Shown here in pieces: positions 37,549 through 48,164 of a DNA stretch of 64,000 bases. The stretch's first letter is position 1. Each line of letters starts with the position of its first letter. Origin of the DNA: a virus; IMG/VR virus record IMGVR_UViG_3300005096_000071, positions 1-64,000 of that record, one strand, 5' to 3'. A program made the position numbers and the translations under genes. The notes under the pieces are model-generated. The model made no database searches. It was not told the DNA's origin and saw only the letters and a list, made by a program, of their open reading frames with translations.

Positions 37549-38187
37549 ATGGCGACCCTTGTCCTGCGCGGCCCGCACGAACTGCAGGGCGCGATCATGG
37601 CGCTGGAGCGCGAGGCTACCAAGGCGGTGGAGCGATCCCTGGTGCGGGCGGGCCAGTATGGCCGGACCGTCATGCAGGCGCTCACGAAGCGCCAGGACGC
37701 GCGTGGCTCCGGGGCCTACGGAGCCAGCTTCATCACCGAAAGGATCAAGGGCGGCGCGATGATCACGAACACGGCGCGGCACTCGCTGTTCGTCGAACGG
37801 GGCCGGCGTCCGGGTCGGGCCCCTCCGCTCGATCCGATCATCGAGTGGGTGAAGGCCAAAGGGTTCGCAAAGACGGCGCTAAAGAAAGCCCGCCAGCGTC
37901 GGCGCGCGGCCTCGGGCAAGTCCAGGGTCCGGCGAAAGCCAGGCCCGAAAAAGATGAAGGGCCGGATCAAGGGCGCCCGGATCCCGCGGAAGCCGTCCGC
38001 CGCTACGGCCCGGTACCTCCGGCTGTTCAGCCATCAGATCGCGCGGCGGGTCCAGCGGAAGATCGCGAAGCGCGGCACGAAACCCCACTGGATCTTCAAG
38101 CGCTCGCTGCCGAAGATCGCGAAGAAAGCCAAGCAGCTGAGCAAGCAGGAACTGCGCAAGGTGTTCAGGTCCCCGCCGAGGAAGTAG
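37549..38187 (+). CDS. neck/tail completion protein (HK97 gp10-like)
   Basis: FVERGRRPG..PP..WV..IAKRGTKPH; basic. Confidence 0.75.
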   Translation: MATLVLRGPHELQGAIMALEREATKAVERSLVRAGQYGRTVMQALTKRQDARGSGAYGASFITERIKGGAMITNTARHSLFVERGRRPGRAPPLDPIIEWVKAKGFAKTALKKARQRRRAASGKSRVRRKPGPKKMKGRIKGARIPRKPSAATARYLRLFSHQIARRVQRKIAKRGTKPHWIFKRSLPKIAKKAKQLSKQELRKVFRSPPRK

Positions 38188-38197
38188 GATTACCGCG

Positions 38198-39049
38198 ATG
38201 GCTGAGGGCTCGACATTCATCCGCCGCCCGCGTGTCGCTGTGGATGGCGCAATTGAGGAGCCCGGCCGGTTCGCTCGCGATGGCGTCCTGCGGGTCGGGC
38301 CCGCTGGCGACACGGCGATCGTGGCCCAGCGCGACGGGACAGAGAAACTTGTCCCGAACCCGCAGGACCAAACGCAATTCGCCGCGGGGCTCACACCGGT
38401 CCAGCAAGACCGCACCCTTGACTCGTCGAGCGCGATGCAGATCGGTCTGTACTCGATGCTTCGCAACATGCGTGCGTGGCGCATTGGACTCGACGATCTC
38501 ATGAGGGAGGGCGACCTTCAGGCGTCGTCCTTCGAGTTGGCCCGCGTGTTCTTCGACTGGCCGCGTCAGGAAGATGCGATCGACCCGATGCCGTCGGCCA
38601 CCATCACCCTCCCAGAGGAGGAGGTGTACGGCCACCAGGGCATCGGCGGAGGCGTCATCCTGGAGGAGACCGCCGACCAGTGGGGGCCAGGCACGATCCT
38701 AAAAAAGACAGCGCACGCGACCACCACACTCAACCTGGTGATCTGGAGCGCCCACAAAGAGGAGCGCCGCGGGTTGAAGAAAGCACTACAGCGCGTGTTC
38801 CTGACCGAGCCGCACGAGGAGATGAGCGGCCGGCGTGTCGTCGTCCCGCAGTACTTTGACCGAGTCGCGCGGTTCGAGTTGCTTGGCATCCGCTACGATG
38901 ATGGCCAAGAAAGTGCACAATCAAACGAGTGGATCCTGGTAGCTCGGTTCGCCGCCGACATCGACGTGGTCGACCTCGTGACGCGGCCGCCGTACATGCA
39001 GCAGCCGGCGATTGCGGTCACTGCAACCTCCGCCCCCGACGACTGCTGA
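38198..39049 (+). CDS. putative tail terminator
   Basis: Between the neck and sheath genes. Confidence 0.55.
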   Translation: MAEGSTFIRRPRVAVDGAIEEPGRFARDGVLRVGPAGDTAIVAQRDGTEKLVPNPQDQTQFAAGLTPVQQDRTLDSSSAMQIGLYSMLRNMRAWRIGLDDLMREGDLQASSFELARVFFDWPRQEDAIDPMPSATITLPEEEVYGHQGIGGGVILEETADQWGPGTILKKTAHATTTLNLVIWSAHKEERRGLKKALQRVFLTEPHEEMSGRRVVVPQYFDRVARFELLGIRYDDGQESAQSNEWILVARFAADIDVVDLVTRPPYMQQPAIAVTATSAPDDC

Positions 39050-39118
39050 CGCGTTCGTCCGAGGTGGTGTTATGCTCAGCGCACCACATCCACTGCACCC
39101 ACTGCAGGAGAGACGAGC

Positions 39119-41653
39119 ATGGCGGGCTTCAAGCGAGTATTTCGAACCTTCCCCGGCTTCGATGTTCTGACGAACATCGAGTCCGTCAACATCATCGACA
39201 TCACGCCACCCGGCCGGATCGTCGGCACCGGCACCGGCACCGTGCTGCTTGTCGCCGAGTTCGAGCGCGGAGGATTCACTCCGCGCGAGGTCTTTGGCCC
39301 GACGGACCTGCAGACCAACTACGGGTCTCTGGGGCACGCGACGGTCACGAGCCAGTATGACGGCGCGGTAGCTCGTCGCTCGGGTGGTGATGAGGTGTGG
39401 AACGGTAACGGCTTCATCTGGCTGAGAAACAAGCGCTTCAGTCGGCTGGTGATCCAGCGCGTCGACAACTCCGGGGGCTCGGTCGCGTTCTCGCGGCTTG
39501 CTTGCCTCACCAGTGACGCAGTCGCACCGATCACGGGCGTGGTCACGGGTGACACTATCGAGTTCACCCGCAACGGCTCAGTGGCCGTCACCGCCACTCT
39601 CGTCGGGAACCCTGGCGTGATTGCTGGCACCGGCGGCACCTTTCCGACGCTGTTCACCGGTGGTGAAACGCTGGAGCTTCGCGTCGACGCGGACTCCACT
39701 CGGGTGATCGTCTTCACCGCGGCCGATCAAACCCGCGACAACGTCCGGGACCGGATCAACGCAACGCTGGCCCAGACCGTCGGAGTCGCCAACGCGACCG
39801 AAATCGATTTCCAGTCAGTCATCGGCGGGACCGATGGCCGCATTGAGATCGTGGGCGGCACCGGCGTGGCGACGATCGGCCATGTGGCCACCGCCGTTGC
39901 TCAGGTCTCGACCGGAACGGTCACCGCGAACGCCACGGGCGGTCCCTTCACAGTCCGCGTCAACCGGTTCACCGCTGGCGTTTCGACTGACTACGATCGC
40001 TCGTACACCGCCGGCGGTGGCGACACCACCACACAGGTGCGGGACGGTCTCCTCGCCGCGTACACGGCCGACCCGATCCCGGGGATCACGGTCACCGCTG
40101 GAGCTGGTGCCACGCTGGTATACACCGCGGCGATCAATATCCTGTTCACTCCAACGGTCACGGCTGAACCGAACGTCGGCGAGTTGACTTTCGCGGCTAC
40201 GACCACCGGCGTGGTCACAGTCGACGAGGGCGACGGCAACGTCCCGAACGTGGCCGAGATCGAGATCTCCGACGCGGTCTCGCTCCTCGACGCGCTCGCT
40301 GGCATCACCGCCGACGTCGACAACGACGGCAACATGCGGGCGTGTAACTCGGGCACCCCGGCCACCGGCACCCTGCAGGGCACTGGCGGCACCGCACTAA
40401 CGGCGTTCGGGTTCGACCTCACCACGCTGGCCGACGCGGCCGACGCGGCCGACGTCACCATCCTCGCCGGCACGCGGGTCCAGGACTCCAGCGCGACCGG
40501 GACCATATGGGTCACCATCGAGGACATCGAGACCGGCACCGCGGGGGGTTCATGGTCGGCACGTGTCCGGCCGTGGGCCGACACCGACACCGCGCTGGCA
40601 ACGTCGATCGGCAACGCGACGATCGTCCTCGACACGCTCCCCGATGGGTTCAGTGTGACGAACGCAGCGGCGATCACTCGGCTCACGCAGTCGCAGATCG
40701 AGGGCCGCTACCGCACAGCCCTGGAGTCCACACTCGACCAATCGAGCGATGCGTTCCAGGCCAACATGGTGTGCTCCGCTCGGTCGTCCGAGTCGCTCAT
40801 GCGCTACGTTCGCCAGAACGCGCTCGACGCAACCCGGCAGGGCATGTTCGCCCGCAAGGCTGTGATTCGTCCGCCCCTCGGGACCTCGCGGACTGACCTC
40901 CGCGCGTCGACCGGTGTCGGCGTAGCGAACACGACGATCGGTCGCGACGAGCGCGTCCTGTACTGCGGGATCGGATTCACGACTCAGATCCCGGAGATCC
41001 AGGAGGTCGGCACCAACGGCGGAATCGGGTTCACCTCCGACGGGATCATCGAGGTCGGCAGCGATGGGTTCTATGCCTCCGTTCGCTCGATCCTCAACCC
41101 CGAGGAGAACGCGGGCCAGCGGCTGACCGACACCAACGTGGAGGGGATCAACGTACTCACCCTGGAGGACGCGTACAACACCGCGGAGGGCGGTGTTGCG
41201 CTCACAGAGGACGACTACATCTCGTTCAAGGCGAACGGGATCATCGCGGCACGGTTCGACCGGCAGAGCGGCGCGATCTTTCAGTCCGACGTGACCAGCG
41301 TCGATCCATTGGTGGAGAGCGTGAAGGCCGACGGCAACCGCCGGTTCTTCGCTGACTTCATCATCGACACCCTCGGTGAGACGGGGCTGAAGTACGTCAA
41401 AAAGCTCCAGACCCCCAACCGTCGCCGGGCGATGCTCAGCGAACTGAGCGGGTTCCTGCGGCTGCTCAAGTCGGAGAATCAACCCGAGACTTCGCGCTTG
41501 CTCGCATACAGCATCCGCGACGACACGACCCGAGAACAGCGCGAGATCGGGATCATGGTCGTTGTCGTGCGGGTGAAGATGCACCCCGATATCAAGGCGC
41601 TCGTTTACCGGGTCGAGGTCGGTACTACCGTCCAGATCGAAGAGGCGGCCTAA
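39119..41653 (+). CDS. tail sheath protein
   Basis: 844 aa; AEFERG N-terminal motif, RRFFADFI C-terminal motif; precedes the tube gene. Confidence 0.85.
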   Translation: MAGFKRVFRTFPGFDVLTNIESVNIIDITPPGRIVGTGTGTVLLVAEFERGGFTPREVFGPTDLQTNYGSLGHATVTSQYDGAVARRSGGDEVWNGNGFIWLRNKRFSRLVIQRVDNSGGSVAFSRLACLTSDAVAPITGVVTGDTIEFTRNGSVAVTATLVGNPGVIAGTGGTFPTLFTGGETLELRVDADSTRVIVFTAADQTRDNVRDRINATLAQTVGVANATEIDFQSVIGGTDGRIEIVGGTGVATIGHVATAVAQVSTGTVTANATGGPFTVRVNRFTAGVSTDYDRSYTAGGGDTTTQVRDGLLAAYTADPIPGITVTAGAGATLVYTAAINILFTPTVTAEPNVGELTFAATTTGVVTVDEGDGNVPNVAEIEISDAVSLLDALAGITADVDNDGNMRACNSGTPATGTLQGTGGTALTAFGFDLTTLADAADAADVTILAGTRVQDSSATGTIWVTIEDIETGTAGGSWSARVRPWADTDTALATSIGNATIVLDTLPDGFSVTNAAAITRLTQSQIEGRYRTALESTLDQSSDAFQANMVCSARSSESLMRYVRQNALDATRQGMFARKAVIRPPLGTSRTDLRASTGVGVANTTIGRDERVLYCGIGFTTQIPEIQEVGTNGGIGFTSDGIIEVGSDGFYASVRSILNPEENAGQRLTDTNVEGINVLTLEDAYNTAEGGVALTEDDYISFKANGIIAARFDRQSGAIFQSDVTSVDPLVESVKADGNRRFFADFIIDTLGETGLKYVKKLQTPNRRRAMLSELSGFLRLLKSENQPETSRLLAYSIRDDTTREQREIGIMVVVVRVKMHPDIKALVYRVEVGTTVQIEEAA

Positions 41654-41679
41654 TCAGCCTGAAGTAGGAGGACCAACCG

Positions 41680-42114
41680 ATGCCCGAACAAAGAGTAAAA
41701 GGCCAGGAGACGATCCTGACCATCATCAAAGACGGCGAACTGCAAGCTCGGATCGACAGCATCTCCGACACGGAAACGACCTTCATGTTGGAGAGCCTGG
41801 AGGAGGACTACCTGGGGGAAACCGCCTCCCGGTACGACTCGATCTTCAAGGGCATGCGGATCCGGATCTCCGGCCACATGACGAACAAGCAGGTGATCGA
41901 CTTCGCCGACACGGTGGTCGCTCGCGCGCAGCGTCGCGCCGGCGGTGCCAACCGGATCGACATGGCGACGACGTTCATCTTTCCAGGTGGCGACCTCATC
42001 ACCGTCAACCTCCCGGATCTGCATTTCGCCGAGGTCCCGCTAAACACGGGCTCGCGATCCGACTACGTCCAGTTCACGCTCGAAGGCATGACCTCCGAGT
42101 ACGAGCTGCTCTAA
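41680..42114 (+). CDS. tail tube protein
   Basis: 144 aa after the sheath; AGGAGG RBS. Confidence 0.8.
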   Translation: MPEQRVKGQETILTIIKDGELQARIDSISDTETTFMLESLEEDYLGETASRYDSIFKGMRIRISGHMTNKQVIDFADTVVARAQRRAGGANRIDMATTFIFPGGDLITVNLPDLHFAEVPLNTGSRSDYVQFTLEGMTSEYELL

Positions 42115-42458
42115 GTCTCCCCCTCCTCCTTCAAGTCGTCGTTGCTCACGAAGCCGCTCGCATCATCCGGTGCGAGCGGCTTCTTTCCGTCGAGCGCTTC
42201 GCACAAGGTAGCGAGCGGCACGAGTATCGCGCTCTGCCTGACCCATCGGTGGGCGACGCGGCGCCACTTCGTTATCCACACACGCTCGGGCCCCCACTCC
42301 TCCCGGAAGGGCTTGCGGTCCTGGACCCCGATCGCGAGTGAGCACCACCCGCCGCTGTGGCTAAGGACGTGTCGCCACAGTTCGCGCCGCCGCACAACCC
42401 CGTCGCCCTCGACCGTTCCGACGATGTCGTCGATCGTGTCGGCCTCGCCATATTTCAC
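42111..42458 (-). CDS. hypothetical protein
   Basis: GTG start coupled to the DUF1643 stop. Confidence 0.5.
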   Translation of the reverse strand: MKYGEADTIDDIVGTVEGDGVVRRRELWRHVLSHSGGWCSLAIGVQDRKPFREEWGPERVWITKWRRVAHRWVRQSAILVPLATLCEALDGKKPLAPDDASGFVSNDDLKEEGET

Positions 42459-42955
42459 GTCGGAGCCACCCACGGGGACGGCTCCAGCGTTTTCCGCAGA
42501 TAGAGCGGGTGCCAGGGCTGGCCGGCTTGCGTCGTTTTGAGGCACATCAGAGGCACGCCAATAAGGAGCCCCACCACCTCGCTGACCCGCTCCGGCCTCG
42601 CGTTCCCGCCCCACCCCAGCATGACGAGCTGGGCGCTCCTGGTTGCCACGATGATGTGCTCGTCGTTCTCCGGGCCCACTGGGTCATCGACCTGCCACAA
42701 CCCCTTCGGGTCGGTAGAGCGGAGCGCGTAGAGGTTGACGATCTCCATCGAGTCGTAGCCCCACGCTCGCGAGTACCCGGCGCACCGCCGGAGCGTGGGA
42801 TCCAGGACATTCTCGTCGGCCGTGCTCGGGTTCAGCATCAGCCACACGACCCGCCCGCGCCCGCCGTGCCCCCACTCCCTCCAGAGCCGGTACCGGTAGA
42901 CACGAGACAAGCTGAAGATCGCCCCCTGGTCGGGCCAGATTGACGCCTGGGTCAT
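42455..42955 (-). CDS. DUF1643 family protein
   Basis: YRYRLWR, MLNPSTAD..DPT, NLYALRSTDP, HPLY. Confidence 0.9.
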   Translation of the reverse strand: MTQASIWPDQGAIFSLSRVYRYRLWREWGHGGRGRVVWLMLNPSTADENVLDPTLRRCAGYSRAWGYDSMEIVNLYALRSTDPKGLWQVDDPVGPENDEHIIVATRSAQLVMLGWGGNARPERVSEVVGLLIGVPLMCLKTTQAGQPWHPLYLRKTLEPSPWVAPT

Positions 42956-43803
42956 TACGAGATCGGTGCTTCAATGAAGGGGTGGTGGCTGTACCCTTCC
43001 AGCGCGAAGTGCTTGGGCTCGAACAGTTCGAACAGGTGATCCTCCGTCGGGCACAGCTTCTCCGTGTCAACGAAGGCCGTCCGGTCGAGGGCCGCCGTCG
43101 GCATCGGCCGGGTGTCCCGGAGTAGCTGGGTCCGCGCCTGATCGACGTGATTTTTGTACAGGTGCGCGCTGCCGAAGTTCATCACCAGCCGCCCGGGTTC
43201 GAGCCCGACCACGGCCGCGATGATGTGGGTGAGAGCCGCGTACATCACGATATTGAACGGGACTCCGAGGAACCAGTCCGCGGACCGCTGGACCATCATC
43301 GTGTTGAGCCGCCCCCGTTGCACGTTGAATTGGTAGTACAGGTGGCACGGCGGTAGCTGCATGGCATGGATCTCCCCGGCGTTCCACGCCGACACGATGA
43401 TCCGCCGGCTGTCCGGATTGGTCCGTAGCATGTGGACCGCATTGACCAGCTGGTCAACCGTCGCCGGCCATCCACCCTCACCGGCCGCACGCCACGCTCG
43501 CCATTGCGCGCCGTAGATGGGGCCCAGTTCGCCGTCCTTCGCCCACTTGTCCCAGTACTTCACGCCCAACCCGTGGAGACTGGCGGTGTCGGTGAACCCG
43601 TACATCATCCACGCCAGTTCTGCGATCGCCTTGGGCCACCTAACCTCCTTGGTCGTCAGGGCCGGGAACCCGTCGGCGAGGTCGCACGAGAGTTGCGGCC
43701 CCCAGACTTCAATCGTCCCCGTTCCGGTTCTGTCGTTTTGCTCGACCCCTTCGTCGAGGATTCGGGACATCACCTCCAGGTACTGCTCCTCCATCGTTGC
43801 CAT
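42955..43803 (-). CDS. thyA: thymidylate synthase
   Basis: DRTGTGT, LGPIYG.QWR, LPPCH, QRSAD..LGVPFN, HLYKNH. Confidence 0.97.
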   Translation of the reverse strand: MATMEEQYLEVMSRILDEGVEQNDRTGTGTIEVWGPQLSCDLADGFPALTTKEVRWPKAIAELAWMMYGFTDTASLHGLGVKYWDKWAKDGELGPIYGAQWRAWRAAGEGGWPATVDQLVNAVHMLRTNPDSRRIIVSAWNAGEIHAMQLPPCHLYYQFNVQRGRLNTMMVQRSADWFLGVPFNIVMYAALTHIIAAVVGLEPGRLVMNFGSAHLYKNHVDQARTQLLRDTRPMPTAALDRTAFVDTEKLCPTEDHLFELFEPKHFALEGYSHHPFIEAPIS

Positions 43804-44097
43804 CGTCTGCGCTCACTCCTGCCGGCTCTGCCGGCGGCTGGGGTTTAGGCGGTGTCAACTCGGCTTTGGGCGCGGGCTCCACCGGGGGCGCCTCTGCGGT
43901 AGGGGACGCGGTGGCCCACCCGAGAGACGCAACTGTGCCGGGAGAGCACCCAGCGGCACGGAGCGCCAACGACATCGCTTGGCGTCCCTGTCGGGACACG
44001 GCGCGCGGGTGGACGCAGTAAGTCTCGCCGGCCTCGACCGCCGCAGTCACGGCGGCCGCTTGCTCTTTGGTGGCCGGGAGAGTGATCGGAATGTGCT

Positions 44098-44322
44098 TCA
44101 TGCGGCCAAGGGTACTACGCGGAACGACACGGTCGCCCGCAGGTAGCCGCGTGTCGCGGCAAAGTTCCGCCGCACCTCGGACTCCGTCGCCCACCCGCGG
44201 AAGGCTGAGCCGCGTGCGATGTTCTTCCCGTTCGGCGCGACGAGCCTCCATTGCCAGCGGCCGCTCCGCATCTGGTAGTAGACGACGGTGGCCCGCGTGG
44301 GCTTGGCCCGCCTGCGGCTCAT
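44098..44322 (-). CDS. DUF1508/YegP-like protein
   Basis: GRWQWRLVAPNGKNIA. Confidence 0.65.
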   Translation of the reverse strand: MSRRRAKPTRATVVYYQMRSGRWQWRLVAPNGKNIARGSAFRGWATESEVRRNFAATRGYLRATVSFRVVPLAA

Positions 44323-44588
44323 CCCCGCCCCGTCTCTTTCGAGTCCTCTACCCCCGGGAGGTCTTCCTGGCCGTACCGCTCGGCCATGAGTCCGATCAAC
44401 TCCGACTCTGCGCGGAGCAAGATCCGGGTAACCGCGCGGTCGTTGGCCTTCATCGCTTTGTTTCGCGAGCGGCGGCAGCTGTTGATCGCGGTGTCGATGG
44501 GATCGACACCCTCGTCCTCGCCCTCGTCCTCGTCGGACGCGGCGGGTGTGGTGACGGGGGCGGCGTTGGTCTCGGGTGTCTGGCTCAT
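44319..44588 (-). CDS. hypothetical protein
   Basis: AGGAG RBS, coupled. Confidence 0.6.
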   Translation of the reverse strand: MSQTPETNAAPVTTPAASDEDEGEDEGVDPIDTAINSCRRSRNKAMKANDRAVTRILLRAESELIGLMAERYGQEDLPGVEDSKETGRG

Positions 44589-45184
44589 AGGGTCGTCTCC
44601 TGTTCGATGCAATTTGGTTTGGCGCTGAGGATGCGGCCGAGGTGGCCGCTCTCGGTGACGCGGAAGCGGATCCGGGTCCGCGGTCCGTTCCATCCCAGGA
44701 GGATGACGGAGATCCGCTTGCTCGGATCGCCGCGGGGGCGCCAGAAAGACACGGCGACGGGGGTTACCACAATGGGCTCCACGTCCGCGACCGGTACAGG
44801 CGCAAGCTTCCGCCGTGGCCCGATCGGGGGGATCGCCCGGCGCTTACCCTTGCGTCGTCCGTTGCCGCGGTACCGCATCATCCCGCCATCCTTCAGGTGG
44901 ACAGTCACCAGGGCTTTGCGGCCGTGCACCGCTACGTGGTCGCGCAGCTTGATCACCGCGTTGGCGTCCATCACCACGCGGCGCATCTCGACCTTACCGC
45001 GGCAGCGGACCGTTATGGTCGCGATGTCGTCCGGGTGGACGTCGTCCTGCCCCGCTCGGTCGTCCTCGGAAAAGTACCGCGTTTCGCGCCGAGGCTGCGC
45101 TCGGCCTCGCCAGACCGGTCCGGTGGACTGTGGGCGTCCGGGTTCCCTTATGAGCTTCCCGTCCGTCGGATTGAGGTATTGCAT
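44585..45184 (-). CDS. basic hypothetical protein
   Basis: TTGCGG-N17-TAGATT upstream. Confidence 0.55.
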   Translation of the reverse strand: MQYLNPTDGKLIREPGRPQSTGPVWRGRAQPRRETRYFSEDDRAGQDDVHPDDIATITVRCRGKVEMRRVVMDANAVIKLRDHVAVHGRKALVTVHLKDGGMMRYRGNGRRKGKRRAIPPIGPRRKLAPVPVADVEPIVVTPVAVSFWRPRGDPSKRISVILLGWNGPRTRIRFRVTESGHLGRILSAKPNCIEQETTL

Positions 45185-45225
45185 CGGATTGTGAATCTAT
45201 ACGGTCACGGCTAAGTCCGCAACGG

Positions 45226-45882
45226 TCAGGGTGCATTTTCACCTGGATCCCAGGCGGATGAAAAGTCACGATCGGCGAATAACTCCGCCAAACCCGTGAT
45301 CTGTTTCAGACGTAGAACCTCGTCGCTACACATCCCCAGCTCTTCCTGTATTTTCTTGTCGCGCCAGCCAGCCTTGTACAACATCCGCACGACCTCGGAC
45401 ATCGCATCGACGCGGTGCTCCCCACGCGCCCGATTGTGCTCGACAGTCGCCGCGATTCTCGACCCGTCATCAGTCCTACTCGCGCGGATCTGGGTCACTG
45501 GTAAACGACCATGCACGCTTTCGCTGACCTCCTTGATCTCCTTTCCCACACGGCTGCGATGGAACCCATCCACCACCACCACCACGCCATCGTCCACCTC
45601 GTGCGCGACGATCGGCATCGTGTACCCATTTGCCACGACGGAATGAGCGAGCAATTTCATTTCTGGCGGAGCCACAGTATTCGGGTTGTAGTCGTTGCCA
45701 CGCACGTCGTCAGCTCGGACCCACTGGACGAGGTCAACAGGGTGCTCCCGCAGAGGTGAAATCTCGTGGATGTGCAGCCTCGCAGTATTGATTGCATCGA
45801 TCCTGTCGTCGAGATCTGAGATCTCGCCGAGGGCTGTCGCAAGTTCACGAGCTAACTCGTCCGCCTTTTTTACAGTCCCCAT
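45226..45882 (-). CDS. ibrB: IbrB/YbdM-like ParB N-terminal domain protein
   Basis: NDYNPN.VAPPEMKLL..GYTMPIV, VDGFHR, HNRARG.H. Confidence 0.9.
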   Translation of the reverse strand: MGTVKKADELARELATALGEISDLDDRIDAINTARLHIHEISPLREHPVDLVQWVRADDVRGNDYNPNTVAPPEMKLLAHSVVANGYTMPIVAHEVDDGVVVVVDGFHRSRVGKEIKEVSESVHGRLPVTQIRASRTDDGSRIAATVEHNRARGEHRVDAMSEVVRMLYKAGWRDKKIQEELGMCSDEVLRLKQITGLAELFADRDFSSAWDPGENAP

Positions 45883-47105
45883 TTCGCTCGTCTCTTTCTC
45901 ATGATCTTCCTGTAACGCTGGTAAGCGCCATCCTTATTTGACTGCTGTGAGAACGACAGCCTCCGACACATCCTGTCGTTCAGGAGGATCTTCTTGGCGA
46001 CGCGTCGCCAAGACGGGGCTTTACGCTGCGCTTCGAGCTTCGGGTCGGCCTCGTCGACCATCTCCACTCCTTTGCCTCGCCAGTGCGCTATGAATACTGC
46101 GATCTTATCAGAGTAATGGTCTCTCTCCTCCTCAGGGAGGGTCTCAAGGAGGAACGAAACGTAACTCTCCCACGTTGGGTGGGAGTCTGGAAGTGTGACC
46201 TTCCCGTTCCCGAGGATATTTCCTCGTTTGCCAGCATAGAGAGCACCGTAATTTGCCCCCGCGACCCTCGCTAGTACACGGTGCCACGTATTTGGCTCTA
46301 CTACGTGCCACATACGTAGCCCCCTCCGCTGGTCGTCGCCGTATGGCTGACAAATACGCTGCTGATGGATCGGCAGCCCGGCGCGGTGCATTGAGTCATA
46401 TAAGGTGTTGTGCGGCAACCCTGTCTTGCCGTGAAAAGTCCAAATGTCCTCAGTCTTCCAATCGTAGATTGGGTAACAGTTGACCAGTCCTTCTCCCTTC
46501 CATGTGGTCCAGTGCAGACCCTCGACTCGACTCTTTCGGATTTTCGCTATAGTGCGCCATCGGTTCAGCGACTCGTCGGTCCTTATCCCCACGAGACAGG
46601 CACATGGCTCGCCTCCAGAATACCACTTTCCAAACTCAGGGACAAAGTCCTCGAATTCCATTGCACATTTTCGATCACCGTCAGTCCATGGTGGACGGTA
46701 GAAAGGGTACACATCGGGGTCCGTGACGGCGAAGTCAGGGGGAGTCCTGACCCATGATTCGGTCATCGTTGGATCCCACGATGTCCAGTATGGTTGGACA
46801 ACAGAGACAGCGTTCCGTAGGTGGATCGGGAGAGCAACCCAGTGTGGATCGATACAGTCTGCGTAGGACGCGAACATCTCTTTGATGTAGTCTATCGTGC
46901 ATTCGAACTGGGCCTCAAGATCAACGTACAAGACGCCGATACGCCTGCCGCGCCGGCGTGCTTCGGCGCATGCTAAGTGCATCATGACCCCAGAGTCCTT
47001 GCCGGAGGGTCCAGACAAGTACACTCGTCGGAAGGAATCGAAAACCCACGAGATACGTTCCTTCGCAGCGTCGAGTACGTTTTTGTCGAGCCGTATCTTA
47101 TCCAT
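45870..47105 (-). CDS. ibrA: IbrA/YbdN-like PAPS reductase-family protein with DUF3440
   Basis: SGKDS PP-loop, GIRTDESLNR, YPIYDW, QRICQPYG, APSWRR. Confidence 0.9.
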   Translation of the reverse strand: MDKIRLDKNVLDAAKERISWVFDSFRRVYLSGPSGKDSGVMMHLACAEARRRGRRIGVLYVDLEAQFECTIDYIKEMFASYADCIDPHWVALPIHLRNAVSVVQPYWTSWDPTMTESWVRTPPDFAVTDPDVYPFYRPPWTDGDRKCAMEFEDFVPEFGKWYSGGEPCACLVGIRTDESLNRWRTIAKIRKSRVEGLHWTTWKGEGLVNCYPIYDWKTEDIWTFHGKTGLPHNTLYDSMHRAGLPIHQQRICQPYGDDQRRGLRMWHVVEPNTWHRVLARVAGANYGALYAGKRGNILGNGKVTLPDSHPTWESYVSFLLETLPEEERDHYSDKIAVFIAHWRGKGVEMVDEADPKLEAQRKAPSWRRVAKKILLNDRMCRRLSFSQQSNKDGAYQRYRKIMRKRRAKWGL

Positions 47106-47637
47106 GGATCCTATCGATCTGTGCCCCACGCACAACCACCATTCGCTCCGAGGATCCTTCGTAGACTCGGTATCTGTGACCGTCCCGTAAACGATAGATC
47201 CTAACTCCATCATCGAGCACGAAGCCGTTGCGCTGGGCTGCAGAAACGTCTCGAACCCATGGGCGATCAAGGACGTTCTCAACGACCTTTAGCACTGCCG
47301 CATCGCCACCTCCATCCGCGACTCTGAGCGCCTGGAGTGGCTCGACGCTAGTGCTTTTGCCGTTTTCAAACCGGGCAAACTGTCGCTGGTGTGGGCCGCT
47401 TCGTATCTCGTACAAAACATTCTCTCGCAATAGCCATGTTGCGACAACTCCATACAGGTTCCCGCTCCATGCGGAGTGAGCGTTGCTCCAGTCGTTCATT
47501 GGAGTGATGAACGACCTGGAAAGCCCCCACTTGGGGTGAATGCCATCGATTGTCGCAACCCATGGTTTGATGGGACTTCCTCCTTTATAGTGGGCAGGCA
47601 CTTCGATCCTCAAGATCGAGAAAGGGTGTTTCTTCAT
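47098..47637 (-). CDS. hypothetical protein co-transcribed with the ibrAB-like pair
   Basis: PWVATIDG..GV..WLL..LYEI; overlaps the ibrA start. Confidence 0.7.
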   Translation of the reverse strand: MKKHPFSILRIEVPAHYKGGSPIKPWVATIDGIHPKWGLSRSFITPMNDWSNAHSAWSGNLYGVVATWLLRENVLYEIRSGPHQRQFARFENGKSTSVEPLQALRVADGGGDAAVLKVVENVLDRPWVRDVSAAQRNGFVLDDGVRIYRLRDGHRYRVYEGSSERMVVVRGAQIDRIHG

Positions 47638-47648
47638 AACCATCCCGG

Positions 47649-48152
47649 TTAGCAGTCGAACTCGTCGAACGCACATGCTCCGCAGTACCCCTCCATCGCT
47701 ACGTGGTGGGGTGCGTCGACGAGCGCGCCTCGGCACTCCTTACACCTGGTCTGCGGGCGACCGGCCCGTGGTGACCGTTTGCGTTGCACGACGCGACAGA
47801 GAAAACCGGTCCCACTCTCCACGACAGACTCCACCGTTTCTGTTTTCGTAGAGCCAGATGCCTTCATAACCTCCAACTTGCTCCCTGCCGCGGGCCGGTC
47901 CCCGTAGACCATCACCGCCCACGAGCCGTCCTCCGTTTTCGTGTAGGAGGCACCAGCAATGGCGCGTCCGGTGAATGAGCCGGCAAGCGATGCCTTGCCA
48001 GTCCACCACGCGCTTTCGTTGGGATCCCAACGAAAGCCGGCGGATCGAAGGTCGTGTCGCATCGGGTATGTGTTACCGCGCACATAATGTCGTCGTCCCT
48101 TCTTCTCGATGCTAAGCGAATCTGCGGGGCGGGTTGCGTTGGCGTCGGTCAT
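47649..48152 (-). CDS. cassette protein (MTDANAT..) with C-terminal Zn finger
   Basis: GNTYP..LRSAGFRWD..WW domain plus DGSW domain plus CxxC..CxxC. Confidence 0.8.
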   Translation of the reverse strand: MTDANATRPADSLSIEKKGRRHYVRGNTYPMRHDLRSAGFRWDPNESAWWTGKASLAGSFTGRAIAGASYTKTEDGSWAVMVYGDRPAAGSKLEVMKASGSTKTETVESVVESGTGFLCRVVQRKRSPRAGRPQTRCKECRGALVDAPHHVAMEGYCGACAFDEFDC

Positions 48153-48164
48153 TGCTCAGATGTT

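Noticed and set aside
42955-43803. dCMP hydroxymethylase or other base-modifying variant
   Set aside because: Retains canonical ThyA motifs including the Asn of GVPFN
45870-47105. CysH sulfur-assimilation auxiliary gene
   Set aside because: DUF3440-type motifs and the ParB-like partner identify the IbrA/YbdN class
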